In this document: piece by piece, positions 12,790 through 24,724 of the stretch | Layout: every line of letters starts with the position of its first letter | Numbering within the stretch: the first letter of the stretch is position 1 | Assembly (NCBI GenBank): GCA_976551045.1 | Contig: CDPCPM010000016.1 | Coordinates: forward strand, 8,866,001-8,930,000 | Direction: 5' to 3' | DNA: 64,000 nucleotides | Source: Glaucostegus cemiculus | Lineage: Eukaryota | The notes under the pieces: model-generated | Seen by the model: only the letters and a program-made list of their open reading frames with translations | Database searches by the model: none | What the model was told of the DNA's origin: nothing | Program-made: the position numbers and the translations under genes

Positions 12790-13870
12790 ATCCTTAGGCA
12801 ACCCTCAGGGTTGAGAACAACTTGCTGCCATTCCACTTCAGGCCTACTTGGAATCAAAAGGTAGCAGGTGGTGCTTGATGAAGCAGTATGCTGGATTATT
12901 TGGGGTGTTGTGTAGTCTTTTCACTGTTTGTAGTTGGCCTTCACAGGCTCCCACTGTGACACTTGAGGTGTGTACTGCCTTTTGGATGCTCCAGTTTAGC
13001 AGTCATGGGCTAGGGATTCCTGTGAGCCAATAAGGGCATCACATTTTTTCAGAGAGACTATAAGAACACCCTTGAAGCGTCTTCTGTGCCTTCTGAGAAA
13101 TCTTTGGTCATGATGAAGCTTGTAATAAAGTTCCTATTTTGGGAGTCTGGCGTCAGACACATAGAGGATGTGGCCTGCCACCGGTGCTGGCTGACCTTGA
13201 ACACAGCCTTAATGCAGGGGACATTAGCGCATCAGAAGACAATGACCATGCTTTGTTTGTCCTGCCATTATGTTTGGAGGCTTCTGCAAAGTGTTTGTGG
13301 TCCTTCTCCAGTGTTTTAAGTTGCTGATCCAAGGTTGATCATGTCTCAAAGGGAAATAAGCGGGAGCAATCGTTATTGCTTAATAGACTGAGCTTGGTGC
13401 TGGGTTTGAGTTATTGGCCTCTTTTCCTCCAATTATTTCCTCATTTTTATTTCAACCAATCATCCTTAGAAGTGGTGATTAATTGCATCATCATTTTCTG
13501 TCTTGACTGAGAATTGGCTCCTGAAGCATGGAAAGTGATCCACGTCTGTGAGGGTGTCTTCATGGATTTTGATTTTCGGAGTTTGGTATTGTGTGACCGG
13601 GGCTGGTTAGTACAGTACCTTTGCTCTGGAATGACAGCAATTAAGATGAACTTTTAATTGAAACTGAATGTTGACAAAGGCTTTTGTGATGTCTGGAAGA
13701 GTTACATGCAATGCTGGTGCTGCTCCATATGTTGTTCTTAGATTGGCCTCGCAGTGGAGATCATGTTCATTGCACCATTTGATGGAAAGAATTTATATTG
13801 GACCTTTGGGAGTAGCTATTTGGCCACTTGGAACTGGGATGATGGCCAATAACAAGGACACTAAAATAAT
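12790..13870 (-). mobile_element. RTE-clade LINE 3' portion
   Basis: Minus strand gives RRFKGVL (KRFKD-like), a WxGHxxRM-type segment and DHFPCFRSQFS (FPYLGS-like). The 3' end matches 23580 and 43390. Confidence 0.85.
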
Positions 13871-14819
13871 TAAAACACACCTTTCAATGGCATGCCAAGC
13901 CATAATTACATCTTAACAGCCTCTTTTGGTGTATAATTCATAAAATACTTAGTGATTTACAGGATATTTTCTCATTATGCTGGAGAGGATTTCAACAATA
14001 CATCCAGTAAGGGAGTGAGAAATCATTGCCAGCAGCTTGTGGATTTCTGTGCTGCTGTCAGATTTCCCCCACTTTAACAATGAGCTCTGGTTGCCTGACT
14101 TTTGGTTTTTCTATCAGAAATTCGAGATCAATACTCCAGCTCAGCCAAAGTGGTGTTTGTATACATTTCACATGCGCTCCTGCTCTTTGAACATTATGCC
14201 TCTATTTTTAAATCTCAAGATCACACAGCCTTCAGTCACTTTTGATCTGTCTTACCACCTTCAAGCACGTGTACACTGACACTGATGGGTCTTTTTGTTC
14301 TTTTGCACCCTTCTTACACGTGCAGATTCAGCATATGCATTATCTCTGCTCGTTCTTCTGATTGACATTCATCAGCTCTCAATTTTTTAGTATCTGATTT
14401 CACCTGTTGTGCGTCCATTTTTTCCATATCTTGAATTTTCAAGTTTCTTGATGTTGGTAAATATTCCAACTGCACTGTCCCAACAAGTCCATTAAAGTGC
14501 TCCATTGATAAAGTGAAGAGTCATCACAAGGATCTTTCTCAACTGTCTCTTAAAAAATTATGAAAATATTAAATTTATCTGTAAAATGCAGCTGAATTTT
14601 TAAATGGTATTCTCAGTAGAGAAACTGTTCTCCGAAAAAAATAATCAAATTTCAAACACATGGCAATCAAATCACCTTAATTCCAATATTTATGTTCCAG
14701 ACTCTGTTTTGATCCCTGCAAAATCTTTGAAACAAAGATTCAAAGACGAATATTTTCAACTGTTTGGTTTAGTGTCTGACAGAATTCTTCAATGTCATTG
14801 GCTGCTTTTCTTCCCAATT

Positions 14820-15960
14820 TGCGTATGGGATTTGGATGTTGCAAAGTTTTGTTTGTTGGGAAATTTCAAGAAAAGGAACTCAGTTCTGTTCAATTGGGTG
14901 TCTGCTGTCCTTTCCCTCTAGTCAGTGGACATAATAGGTTTGGAAAGTGCTGACGAAGATGATTTGGCAAGTTGCTACTTGCAGATGGTATATGTTGCAA
15001 CAACAAAGCACAAGTGGTGTAGGACAAAGTGAATGTCGATGGTAGAGAATAATGTGACAATCAAGTGTGTTTTGTTCAAGATGATGTGAAGCACTCTAAT
15101 TGTTGTTGGAGAAGTGTTTATCCAAGTTTATACAACATTCCATTAAATTTCTGATTTGCACCTTGTAAGTGGTGGAATTCTGGAAGTCAGCAAGTGAGTC
15201 ACTCATAGCATACTCAGCCTCTGAACTGCTCTTGAAGACACAGTACTTATACAGCTAATTTTGTTACATGTCTGATCACTGATATTCTCCATTATCCCAA
15301 TGTATCCAGGATGTTTATGGTCACGAGCTGGCAATTATAAAGTCTTGAATCCCAAGAGTAGACATTTAGAATCTTTTATTGGCAGTGTCCATAATCTGGC
15401 AACGAATAGTACAAATGTTGCTTTCCAATTATCAGTTTATCCCTGAATGTGGCCTTGGATTTGCTGAATGGAGGTAAGGATTGCTTCACTCCACAAGCAA
15501 TTGCAAATGAAATTGAAGTCTGCAGAATAATTAGTGGCCATCCCCACTTGTGATGTTCTGGAACAGGGATGACTGGCCTTCAATAATCATTCCCATTTTC
15601 TTTTGCATTAGATCTTCTCAATTCCCATTGACTTTAATTTTAACATGGATCCCTGATGTCACACCTAATCAAATTCTGCTTGTTTGCTGATGCCAGACAT
15701 GCCCCAATGAATTCTGGACTCAGCTCCTTTGGATGTACATAGACAAAAGTAAATAATGAGTTCTGGAGCCAAGTGGTCCTATCGAAACTCAAGTTGAATG
15801 TGGACAAGCAGATTGTTGGTGAGCAGGTGGTACCTGACAGCAATGTCATTAACATGTGCTATCTCATTTCTGATGTTTGACTGATCAGGCAGTAATTGGA
15901 TTGATCCAAGTTTCTTCAGGACAGGAGATAGCTGGGTAAATTTTCACATTGTCAGTTCAG
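14820..15960 (-). mobile_element. Second CR1/L2-group LINE family, 3' portion
   Basis: Collinear similarity to 39110-39920 and 57600-58400 (gggat...gctg...aag...attt; gtagatggt; gatgtcacacctaatcaaat, i.e. the FD-x-V-W-H region on -). Exact clade uncertain. Confidence 0.7.
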
Positions 15961-16129
15961 CCTACTTGAGGACTTGATACCCATCTACTTCCCCACCTCC
16001 ACTTGCTGACTCCTGACAGCCACTCATATCAGGAAGATGGAAACCCAGGCGACAGAGACAGCTAAATACTTTGCAACAGTATCTTTAAGGCCTGCAGCAA
16101 GTAGAATCACTTCAGCACAGTCCAGAAAT

Positions 16130-16560
16130 TCCAAATCACTGTGCGGAGTTCCAGGCTCCACATTTAGAAAAGAAGTGAGGGCTTTGTAGAATTGTATTGG
16201 TATTGGAAAGTTATTGGGCAGATATTGAAAAGTTTTACTGGAATGGCTCCAGCGATGAGGGGCAATAGTTATGTGAAGAGACAGGTAAAAGTTGGATTGT
16301 TTCGTGGCAAAGCAGATTCAATAGAGTTGCTTGATATTATGGAAAGTTTAGATGCAGCAAGTAAACAGAAAATGTCAAAAGAACTATAAGTGATAGAAAG
16401 AAAACCTTTTTACTTAGCAAGTGGTTGGATCCTGCATCGCTTTAATAACACTATTGAAATGTGAATTTGATTAACTTGAAAAAACAGGGAAAGGAAGGAA
16501 GTGAAAGAGCCAGTGCAGATTCAAAGGACCAAATCAGATTCTTCTGTGCTGAATTCTTCT
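16130..16560 (+). mobile_element. Old CR1 3' fragment
   Basis: gttccaggctccacattt...aagttttactggaatggctcca...gagccagtgcagattcaaaggaccaaat...cttctgtgctg follows the CR1 ORF2 end and tail. Confidence 0.7.
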
Positions 16561-16884
16561 CTAATTTCATTCTCCAACATCGCATTTCTTCTCAAGTGAC
16601 TGCTTGGGTTGAGATTATTACATCCCTAGGTATCCAGTCCAATGATATAGCAGTTGATTAATGCAAAACGAATGACTAACATAACAGTTGTCTGTGTTGA
16701 TTCCTGCTACACGGAGTTTCTGACATCATCAGTCTGATCAGGATGGGAGGGACAATGGCAAGGAAAAAAAATCAACAAATACCACACCTATGTATCTCTT
16801 ACCAACGAGTTTGAATGTTGCATTGATGGAGGCCCAAAACAGTCTGCCAGACTAATCTCTCAGTTGAATACAAACACAAAAATA

Positions 16885-17010
16885 TAAAACAGTTCTGAAG
16901 AAGGATTTCTGACCTGAAATGTTAATTCTATTTCTCTTTCTATAGGCACTGCTTGACCTGCTGAGTGTTTTAATGTTTTTATTTCAGATTTCCAACATCT
17001 GCAGTTTTTT
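16885..17010 (+). repeat. Penelope-derived pseudo-LTR repeat with a minimal hammerhead-like motif
   Basis: agttCTGAAGAaggatttctgacctGAAAtgttaatt (16891-16927), followed by gcttgacctgctgagt...cagatttccaacatctgcag. Confidence 0.65.
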
Positions 17011-19744
17011 TTACTTTATTCCTCAATACAAACCTTGTGTTCAAAACTAAATCTACACATTGTGACACTTAAATACCCTTCTAACTTTCATGATACACAC
17101 ATTTCCTATTACATTGGATTTGCACACATGCTATTCTGTACAATTACTATTCTGCATCTTATGAAGTGACTGTCTCTATATTCTCACATAATGAATGAGG
17201 AAGAGAAACATTAAACTGCACAATCTTGGTCTTTAATGAGATATTCAAAGGACTGAACTTGAGTGCTTGTTCTGAACACGTGCATGCACACTAAAAGACA
17301 TTTACATAGATTTCTGCATTTCCACTTCAATTGGGCCTTAATCATTCAGCATGTGTCAGAGCACGATAGCTTTCAGCATGACTGACAACTGGTTTTAAAA
17401 TTTAAATATTTTCATGTACCTTCTCTGGTTAAGCAGTGCCCTTTTTACATTGATTGAAACATACCAGTCTACCATTATCTACTTTAAATAATAAGTGCTA
17501 GAAACCAGAAACACGATTCACAGACTTTGGAAAGATAACACAGCTATAGCTGAAACAAACAAACAAAAAGCTAAAATGAGATCATAGTTAAGTTTGACAT
17601 ACCATTATATGGAACAGAAGCCCAAATATCTTCACCGATTAGAGTTCACTGAAGGTGATACAAAGGTGCACACTTTTTTGCTGCCTTTTCCCTTGTACCT
17701 CAAAGCAGTTCTGCATTTCCTGTCAATGTTAAATATGCTTTCTCCTGTCATTTACAGAAACCACCCCCACTTCCTGTTTTCAGCATGAGTTGGAGACACA
17801 AGGCCTTACAATATTTGCTGCATTACAGATCACAGATAAAGTCAGCTTGCACATGTTCTCAGGTCACTGAATTTATTGGGATTTCCAATTCTTATCGTCC
17901 TCAGACATACATTTTCTATTAAAAGCTCTTTCCACTATTACTATATAATATTTAAATAACTTCACAGTATTTTTCTGATCTAAATAGTCATGCCGTTCTA
18001 GATCTTTCCCATGATTTCCTTCTATCCAGCTAATCTCCACTAGCAGATGACACAACTTGGATTTTTTTGAAAATCTAATGTGAGGACCATTTCTTGCTCA
18101 GCAGGTAAAGCTCTTATCAATCCCACACTGAGAATGTTATCTCATGTTCAAAGGCTTATTATCAGGTTTTATACTTTAAAATAACCCTTAATTAATCATA
18201 GTTGCACTTAACCAAATTATAGTCAAGATATCGTTTGCACACCATGGAAGATCAGTTTTACCATTATTCAACTCTTGAATCTATAAGGCTGATATAGTCC
18301 TGGGTCCCTGAAAGATCCTATTTGGTCCTTCAGGGTCATCATGAGCAGAAATTGGCTCAAAATATTGACCACACCAGCCCATTATATTTATGTTAAGAAA
18401 ATGTGATCATAGATTTCTTCAAATTAAAATGGAAGGATTCAACTAATTTACAATCAAATTTTTGGTAAATTTGCTAGCCTACATCAAAAATCCGTGGACA
18501 TATTGGTCCAGTTTCTTTTGAAAAGTCAAACAGAAACTCAGAAGAGTGAAAAGATAGTTAATGGGTGAGAAAGCGAGACTCCACAAGGTGTGTGGAGTCA
18601 TCTAGTGTTGAATCAGCACATTCATCTAAGCAGTACCCCGCCACATGATGTGAAGTGAAACAGCACGTATACGTGGTTCTGATCATTTGTTTTCGTCCAT
18701 TCTCCGTGAAATCTTTCAGCCAGAAACAAAGGACTGAAGACAGCTATATTTGGAGGTCAGGGCAATTGGTTGCTAGTTTTAGGATTTCTAGCTGTGCCCA
18801 GAAATAATTAAAAAAGTCTCCTGTCTGAATAGTTGTCCAGTTGGATCAAAGAAAAAAAAGAGCCTTTTTAAGTTCTTCATGTGTTCTCTGCCTGATTTTC
18901 CCTCACTTCCTCCCCCCATTATCTGAAAAAAGTATACGTAGGCAGCAAGATAGCCTGATATCAAAGTTCAGATTCCTGTCAATCAGCCAGTCAACTTCCT
19001 CCACATGTAAACCGGGAAAGTGAGATGGAAAGTATGGTGACCTCACTACCTTTCCACTTGATTACAAAGCTTGTATCTGTCTTGGCAAAACCCATACTTC
19101 TTAAAGTGAGTAGCAAATCAGTATCAGTGTACAGAGAACCACCATCCTTACAACTAGTTGCTACACCACTGCCTCCAGTTCAGTAGGCTTTTGGTATGTG
19201 GGCTTCATTTCTGGATTAGTCAGTCTCTTGCTGACACACTTTGGTTTGATTTCCCTTCATTTATTTTCCTTTCTCTCTTAAAGTCATCTACTCATTCAGT
19301 TTCAGATTTCATATTGCTACCTATGGGCTTGCCTTCCCCAAATGCTTTAGTAGTTTTGCCATCTACTATAAACTCTCTCCCTTTGCTGTTCCATCCCACA
19401 CCTTCTCCCAAACATGTTCATTTCAACATTGGTTTAGGCCACTTATGCACTACTTAGATCAATCTAAATTTGAATCTGAACTTTAGATGTTAAAAGCCAT
19501 CTCTGGTCCATGAATTTAAAATCCAGGAACAGTTATACAGCATGAACTAAAACAATACTAGAAACATTCAACCTGAAGATTCGACTCTGGAAATAGTCAT
19601 TGACTTTAAACAACAGGAAATAAAATTGCCCTAAAATCTCTTGCCGGGATGAGTTGTTCTTACTTTTTAGAAAATTGCCTTTGTCAATTTCATGATCAAA
19701 AACATACATCAAGGCCCTTTGTGCAATATATAAATACTGCCAAT

Positions 19745-20260
19745 GTAATGAGGGGAAGGGGGGTAGAACAAGCCCCATCGGCGAAAAATAATGACACCTA
19801 TCTAAGCCAAGTCCATCTTCGCTGCCTGTCAGACCTGTCAGAAACCTTTTGGTATTCCTAAGTCTCTGAAATTCAAAACTGTTCAAGAACTACCAAGCTA
19901 AAATTGTTACAAGTTAAAAAAAAACTAAGCACTTAAAAAAAAAAGCAAAAACATTTGAAGTAACTCAATTAATTTAATATAGTAAATTACCTAATACTTA
20001 CCTTTGTCCCACGCAGCTGTTCCTCTCCAAATAAATGCCAAGGGATTGCCACAGCTTTGTACTGCCACTGGATTCCATGTTGGAGCACAGTTTGGGAAAC
20101 GTGGACATGCATTGGCCAGGGCAATCGGGATTTCTGCATTCACATCAGTTAACTTGGGGATCCTGAACTTGTGGCACTTATTTAAGAAAATGCCAGCAGT
20201 TCCATACTGAACTCTCAGCATTTCCCTGCAAGATCTCAGGCCATGAAGTCATAAAGGGGA
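19745..20260. repeat. Putative old non-autonomous DNA element containing a minus-strand splice donor
   Basis: Starts ggggtagaa, has a central A-rich tract ending aatacttacctt, then a GC-richer arm. Architecture shared with 4375-4970 and 32530-32990. Confidence 0.35.
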
Positions 20261-20539
20261 GACAAATATGAAAGGAATTCAAATTATATGATTACATCAT
20301 TACTCATTACCATTATTATGGAATCACTGATTTTGAAATCCAGATTTCAGCAAATGACAAAATCTGAGACTTCTGGTCAATTTAACAAATTTAGATATGC
20401 CTGTTATTTTTGAACAAACACAACAGCTACAGATTGTATACATATGTATGACAAATATTAACTGTCTTCTAAAACTTAGTATAAAGGACATTGACATTTA
20501 TGTCTCATTATCAAAATATGAATTTTTATTTTCAACTTT

Positions 20540-20795
20540 TCTAGACTTGCCCTCTTTACTTCTACCCTAAAACTCTACAATTCAAGTCCTCCTGTAAATC
20601 TAGCCTTTTAATCATCATCATGAAATTAAATCACTCCCTGAAATGCTCTGCCTTCCTGACCATATAAAAATTACCTTTCTGATCAAAGTTTTAGTTCTAT
20701 GGCTTAAAATCTCTGATATACAGCTTGATTCAAATTTAGTGTGATAACTTTACTATGAAGTTCCTTGGATGTTTAGTTACATAAATGATAACTAC
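20540..20795 (+). mobile_element. L2 LINE 3' end
   Basis: cactccctgaaatgctctgcc...acctttctgatcaaagttttag...tatgaagttccttggatgttt resembles the elasmobranch L2 tail; a similar piece lies at ~49490-49640. Confidence 0.55.
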
Positions 20796-20864
20796 TTTCA
20801 CTATCATTGCAGACCTCCATTCCACCAAGGGTTGTATAAAAAACAAATGAGCCTGATATGTCAA

Positions 20865-21015
20865 ATTTCAAATAAAAACAGATAATAATGGAAGAACTCA
20901 GTAAATCAGGATTCTGAAACATTAACTCTGTTTCTCTCTCTATGGATGGCGTCTGGCTTACCAAGTCCTTCCAGGATTTTCAGTTATTGTTTTGGCTCTC
21001 CAGTATCTGCAGATC
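20865..21015. repeat. Penelope-derived inverted-repeat element
   Basis: aaataaaaacaga...ggaagaactcag on the left is inverted relative to ccttccaggattttc...ccagtatctgcag on the right. Confidence 0.6.
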
Positions 21016-21830
21016 TTCTCTCCAGTTGCTATCACGTTTCAAAACTTTTGAGTGGCTAGCTATGAACAGTCTGACTTACTTGGGATAGAAGGCAGTGCAT
21101 TTATCAATTCCCTCAATTTAATGGGTCAGTCTACGTATTTAACTTCTTGTTTTCAAAAAGAAGATGAAGCAAGGTTCCACTTTAAGTGTTTGCTTCATGG
21201 TCTTTTGCTGTTGTACAGGAATAACAAATGGCCTTCAGTCACAATAGTCCTTCAACTGGGTCAGTTCTTTATTAAGATCACAAATGTTCATTTCCTTTTT
21301 GCAATGGCAACTACCACAGAATAAAGTTCCCCGACCTCCCATTTTATTACAAGAGATGGCAATTCACAATGAGGTCTGCAAAGACTTTATTTTCAACAAT
21401 GTTTTTTTTTTAGGTGTTTCCACTGACCCACTGGTTATCTGATTCTATTTTGGGAATTTCCTATTGCCCAGATGTTTTTAAAATCATGTCTCTTTCTTTC
21501 TATAGATCATTTCTAATCCATGGTGTGCTGTTCAATGGTCAAATGCTAATCTTACTCTGAAAATAACTATGTATTACTTCATAATTATTTGTAATATTCT
21601 TAAAATCAATAACACCTTGTACTGTTATTGGGATAAAAAAATCAGTTTAGCTCTAACACTAGATCATAAAACAAAGTACCTGACACAAACACCGATTCAG
21701 AAATCAGCTATTAGGTTAACTCTTTTTACACTACATCACTACAATACATCTGATCTCCTACAGCACAAATTATATCACACCTAATCAAAGGCTCTTCAAT
21801 TATTTGGCAAGATTTGTAAGTGCCAAAGTT

Positions 21831-21947
21831 CATACTTCCATCAGTGTTGGTGCTTCTTTGTGCTTTTGTTATGCTGATTCCCTGAAAATTTTTGACTGGT
21901 TATAATATGGGTGCAAGTGCTTGAGTGTGAGTGTGATGGAAAGTATG
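21831..21947. repeat. Imperfect palindromic (hairpin) ancient repeat
   Basis: CATACTTCCATCA (21831-21843) pairs with TGATGGAAAGTATG (21934-21947). The inner arms ttgtgcttttgttatg and tataatatgggtgcaa also pair, with G-U pairs. Confidence 0.7.
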
Positions 21948-23049
21948 TACAGTATTTGTTAGATACTCAGGAGTGAGACACCATTAATCTACAATTCTTT
22001 CAGAACTCATATTGTTATCTGTTAAATTAATTTTATTGAAACTGGAAGTTTTATACAAATAACATGCAATTTATCATATTACATTTTTTTGCAAATTGCG
22101 GTCAAGAAACGCCATATAATCAAATAGAATGCAATGAAATGCAAAATTATTTATTATTCTATAACCAGATGCTTAATATTTCACATATATTTATTTAAAG
22201 TTCCATTACATTTTCTTTAAAGATGTGGTATATTTTACTTTGTGGTAAAGTAATTTTTGATGGTATCCCTCCAGAGTTCTGAAGGAAAATTAATTTTCAG
22301 TTGCTTTTCTTAGAATACTTCCATCAAACATCTTGGCCAGTTCCTTTCAGATCATGGTGACAGATAATGTTATTTTCACATAATCTAATGGTCAGAACTT
22401 TGGCTGCTATTAGGAATTACCAGTTGCAATGCTTTCCTTGCACCAAGTAAATCATTAATACTATTAAAGGACCTAGAAATGAACTATCACAGATTCCTTT
22501 ATTGCCAAACTATTGGTGCCAGAATCCCTGCATCAGTTATTTTACCACCCAGAATGACAAATAAAAAATATAATTTCTTTAAAATTTAATCTGAGCAATA
22601 TTATTATTGGATATCTGGGAATGACTGCAAGGCTGTAATCTAATTAAAGCATTCAAGTACTACTGTAAATTGTAATAACAAAGTTTGAGTAGTATATAGC
22701 TGCCATCCAGAAACTCATGGAATTAGATTAGAAACTCAGTTATTACTTCCTAAGCCTCCTATTTAAAGAAAAGGAAGCTTCATTTTGGTATTACTTGGGA
22801 CTGTCATTTCTTTTTTCTATTTTTCTGCCAGTGGCAATTTTCTTTGCGTTTTGATACTGGCAAAATGTCATTAAACCACTAAGAAATGTGACACCATTAT
22901 CTCAAATCTATTGAGAAATGAACTGCAGATGGTGATGAGGATTATCTTTTGTCCTGTGTGTATTACAAGAGTGAAATAGTAATGTGCTCATCAAATCAAA
23001 AAAAAAATGTAAACTTTAGTTACCCAGTAATATACAGACAATTAATACG

Positions 23050-23552
23050 AAAGCAAAATTCTGCTTCTGGCTGCTGGAATTGTGAAGTTAAACAAAGTAA
23101 AATGCTAAAATATTCAGGGGACAGGCAGCATCTGTAAAGAGATACAAATTTCAGAGCATTGATCTTGGTGTCATGTCAATGAGTTTGATTTGGAACTGGA
23201 AACATAATAAACACACTATAAATGCAGGTAAAAGAGAGGGAAGAAATAACAAAATGTAACATATGTGGCAGAATGGAAACATGGAAAAATTAAATGATGA
23301 AAGACAAGACAATGTGAGACACCAGGTAAAATTGGCATATGAAAGAAAAGATCTCTTGACGAGGAGTAAATGGAGCAGCAGAGTAATTTTCTGAAATTGC
23401 AAAACTCAAAAACTTGAGGAGGAGCACATCATCTTTTGGCTCAGCTCATTGCAGCCCTCCAATCACTGCAATTTTTCCAGCTCTGGTGAAAGATCATTGA
23501 AATTAAACTCTCTTTCCTTTTCATCAGATGTTGTTCAGCATTTCTATTCTCA
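23050..23552 (+). mobile_element. Penelope-like element remnant flanked by inverted pseudo-LTR repeats
   Basis: ~23410-23465 reads KLEEEHIIFWLSSLQPSN, matching the Penelope GIY-YIG C-terminal motif (KLEEQHLIFRLGTLQP). Flanked by aaatgct...cagcatctg on the left and cagatgttg...cagcattt on the right. Confidence 0.7.
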
Positions 23553-23579
23553 TTAGCCTGGTAGTTGAACACAAACCAC

Positions 23580-24080
23580 CTGTCTTGAATTCTTAGACAT
23601 CCTTGGGATCGAAGATGACTTCTTCCACTCCAGTTTTGTGGGTTCTGAAAAGTCCAAGGAGGCCATTGTGGGAACTGCTGAATCTACCACAGATGGGGAA
23701 GGAGGTCTCAGGTGTAATGGAGATGGGACAGGGAGGAGGCATTTATAATGTAATGTGTACTTTCTGCTGCTCATGAAAGGCTTCTCTGTGACCTTGAAGT
23801 TCCCAAGATCATGTTGAATGCTCCTTTTCCATTTTGAGTATTCATGAGCCAGGCTCCCAGGAGTCAGTGGGAATGTTGCATTTCTTCCAGGAGGCTCTGA
23901 GCACATCCTTGAATCTCTTCTTCTGTCACCTAGGAATCTTTTCCCATGAGAGCTTGGAATGGAGTGTCTGTTTCAGCAGTCAGGTGTCAAGCATGTGAAT
24001 GACTTTGCCTCTTTCACGTAGCTGACTGAGTGTATCTAGGGCCTCAGTACTGGGAATATTGGCCGAGAAGAACGTCTTGA
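23580..24080 (-). mobile_element. RTE-clade LINE 3' end
   Basis: atccttgggatcgaagatgact tail; gcacatccttgaatctcttc reads KRFKDVL on -; homologous to the copies at 12790 and 43390. Confidence 0.8.
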
Positions 24081-24435
24081 ATTAACCTCATTTTAGTCTT
24101 TGATTCTGTGCAAAATGAGCACACATCTTTACGTTTCAACTTGCAGGAGGGCTCAAGTGGACACAGTGTGACATTGTTCTGTAGTAATCCACGTCCATTT
24201 GACCTGGTGAAGGGCACACAAAAATGCTTGAGTTCTTTGTTTGTTATGATGTCAGTGTTCAGCCATCAAAAACTAAGCTGCATTGTACATCATTGCATTA
24301 GCATGCAACTAGCACAAGTTGAAGCTGACTTGCAGGGCTTAAAGCCAACTTCTGACTTACGTCTCTTAAATGAGGATTGCTTTGTAGTTGAAACAGGAAA
24401 TGAAGGCACAACAGAGGTCTGAACAGCTTGCTGAA

Positions 24436-24660
24436 GTGATAGCTGAATACAGGGAGACATTTTCTGATGTATCAGCAGAGATCTTGGCTGATAGAAGTGG
24501 AAACTGAGAATGGGGTCCTCTAATGGGAGATTTAGACATCATCTCAGACACACTGAAGTGCCAGATGGAGGAAAGAGCTGGGAAGATTAATAGGTGATAA
24601 TTCCCAAGGAACAAAATGCAGTGCCACTAGAACCTTAATGATTTCACACATATAATAAAA
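24436..24660 (+). pseudogene. PIF/Harbinger ORF1 relic, Myb/SANT-like DNA-binding domain exon
   Basis: VIAEYRETFSDVSAEILAD ... MEERAGKINR**FPRNKMQCH*NLNDFTHIIK matches the Harbinger/MSANTD pattern RFSxxxLExL...WEEIAxxVN...PRTxxQCRKKFNDL. Confidence 0.7.
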
Positions 24661-24724
24661 CACAGTGAACATATCCTCAAGTGAAATTTCCTCCAGTTGC
24701 ACCATGAGCTCATGTACCACAATC

